Source: Polymyxa betae A26-41 (Eukaryota; Protista; Endomyxa: Phytomyxea). Taken from it: DNA of 64,000 nt. The DNA lies in NCBI GenBank assembly GCA_003693705.1, contig RBZT01000706.1:1-64000 (forward strand), read 5' to 3'. This document shows, one piece after another, positions 62,373-64,000 of this stretch. How positions within the stretch are numbered: the stretch's first letter is position 1; every line of letters begins with the position of its first letter. The notes beneath the pieces are model-generated. The model saw only the letters and a list, made by a program, of their open reading frames with translations, had not been told where the DNA came from and searched no databases. The position numbers and the translations under genes were made by a program.

Positions 62373-63113
62373 TTACTGTACTGGAAAGGACATGCTCATA
62401 TGCGCTGTGAGTTCAGCTTCGACTGAGTCGCCACGTCGTAACGGTCCAACACCGCTCGGGGTGCCGGTCAATACCAGATCCCCTTTGTTTAGAGTCATAA
62501 CATGTGAACAATGTGAAATTAACGTTGAAATGTCGAACAACATCTGTGATGTACAGCCCTGTTGACGAATAGCTCCGTTAACCTGATCTTCAGTTAGATG
62601 GGGATTGGAAGGGCGACCATCATGTCTACCTTAAGTACCAAGTTGAGATTCATTGGATCTTCAACTTGGTTTGCAGGTATAAACTCAGAAATAGGGCAGA
62701 ATGTATCGAAGCCTTTAGCTGTAGCCCACGGAAGGCCATTTTTGGCAGCTTCCTTCTGCAATTCACGTGCTGTTAAATCCAATGCCAAGACATATCCTTG
62801 AACGTAATCCATGGCATTATCAGGATCGATGCAGGATACAGGGCCATCGCCAACAACGACACCAAGTTCTACTTCATGATGAACTTGGCTCAAATGCCTG
62901 GGAATAGAATAGAATCGCCCGCGAAAATACGAGAAGATGGCGGCTTCAAGAACTATACTTGGACGGTACTAAACAAGCAGCCGAGAATAGCGAGACAACA
63001 GCATTTACAATCACAGGTTTGGTGAGGGGGGCGTTGTTCAGTTCAGCAATATGAGATGCATAATTCCTTGCAACCGCGACGATTAGCCGAGACCCGATAT
63101 CACGAGCCCGCAT
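62373..63113 (-). CDS. FAHD1: Fumarylacetoacetate hydrolase domain protein 1 (acylpyruvase/oxaloacetate decarboxylase)
   Basis: VARNYASH, FLKPPSS, HHEVELGVV, LALDLTARELQ..GLPWATAKGFDTFCP, GDLVLTGTPSGVG. Confidence 0.95.
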
Positions 63114-63259
63114 GGGACTGCAAAGGCAAATCCTTTAGATAACGCAATGGTCAGCTCGCACATAAAAAGTGAAACTTGCTTCCCTCTTTGCGCGAATACT
63201 AAACTTTAGGTAGGATCGAGAACGTTATGAATTTCTCGTAACATACTTTATCAATGTAA

Positions 63260-63975
63260 TTAGACAGTTGTCATAACCGACTCGTCACTGGGACGCCGAA
63301 TCTGCATGGCGGCGAGACGCCTCTCCTTCTTCAAGTATCGGGTGCGGAAAACGAACAGCTGCCGAATAATCATCACGTTCAGAATGCCACTGACGAATTC
63401 CAGAGCGAAAATCTTGATGTTCACAGGAAGAAAGACTTCTTTGTCGTCGATGATGATACCATCGGGAGGAGAGATCCAAATAAAGCACGCCATTCCTAAG
63501 GCCTAACATGGAAAGTCAGAAACCAAGGCAGATTCGTTGTCTGGATAATTACATGGCAGAAAATCGCTATGGTATGCACAAGTTGAAACACGAGAGCAGA
63601 TGCAGCAATGGTACTATTGGCATACGAGATTGTCATCAAGCATAATATCCCGGATATTAAACCTAAAGCAACACGGGCGCTTGATAATACCAAGTTCACT
63701 TTGATGGTCAGATTGTCATCGGCCGCAATGCGACTCCATTTCCACCAGAACAACATATCAGCACAGCCCAGCAGGGCAACAATCATAAAAAACAATGCCA
63801 CGAGCAAGTACCGAAACGTCTTATTCGGCTGCAGAACACGAACATTCCTTTCAGGGATGTGATTAGGCGTCATGGTTTGGATATAGTTAGGGATATGAGT
63901 TCGTCGGGAATCGGAACTTGCCGACCTCGGATTGATCACCGAAATCGAACGTTCACTTCTGCTATGCTGACCCAT
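63260..63975 (-). CDS. Four-TM-like hypothetical membrane protein, one intron
   Basis: ORFs 63496..63975 and 63260..63493 join through a ~50-nt GTAATT..GTTAG intron (FCH|ALGMACF). Confidence 0.65.
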
Positions 63976-64000
63976 GCCTACGAAAGTACGAGAGAGAGAA

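Noticed and set aside
63493-63552. Apparent frameshift or readthrough between ORFs 63496..63975 and 63260..63493
   Set aside because: Explained by an ordinary ~50-nt GT-AG intron, as are most ORF breaks in this window; no alternative genetic code is needed.

Overview
A gene-dense eukaryotic nuclear region with many short (about 45-60 nt) GT-AG introns and very short intergenic gaps. The architecture suggests a compact-genome protist such as a plasmodiophorid, but this is inference only. The first ~5 kb is accessory DNA. It holds an AT-rich foreign-looking island (two ORFs with a duplicated RBS-like leader, iteron-like repeats, a 40-bp perfect hairpin), a decayed CACTA/EnSpm transposase, and a PIF/Harbinger relic interrupted by a 909-bp hAT-like TIR element. 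The rest carries recognisable housekeeping genes: COX15, DIM1, two GlcNAc-transferase-like genes, ALDH6A1, POLA2, tRNA-Leu(UAA), a JmjC hydroxylase, PKA-C, HMBS, a SUZ protein, WAPL-like, TDO, an SMS/IPC synthase-like gene, an ABCA transporter, RPIA, a SNAP25-like SNARE, an ankyrin protein, FANCL, NIPA/ZC3HC1-like and FAHD1. Several secreted proteins of unknown family are interspersed. The most interesting signals are (i) two paralogous secreted Pro/Gly-rich QPCC proteins that share position-conserved upstream motifs, including a palindromic GTTCCGG-N2/3-CCGGAA element also found in front of a third secreted-protein gene, (ii) the AT-rich hairpin island, and (iii) a PH-domain/Cbl-like degenerate SH2 locus. 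All calls come from motif recognition by eye; exon boundaries are approximate and no database searches were run.
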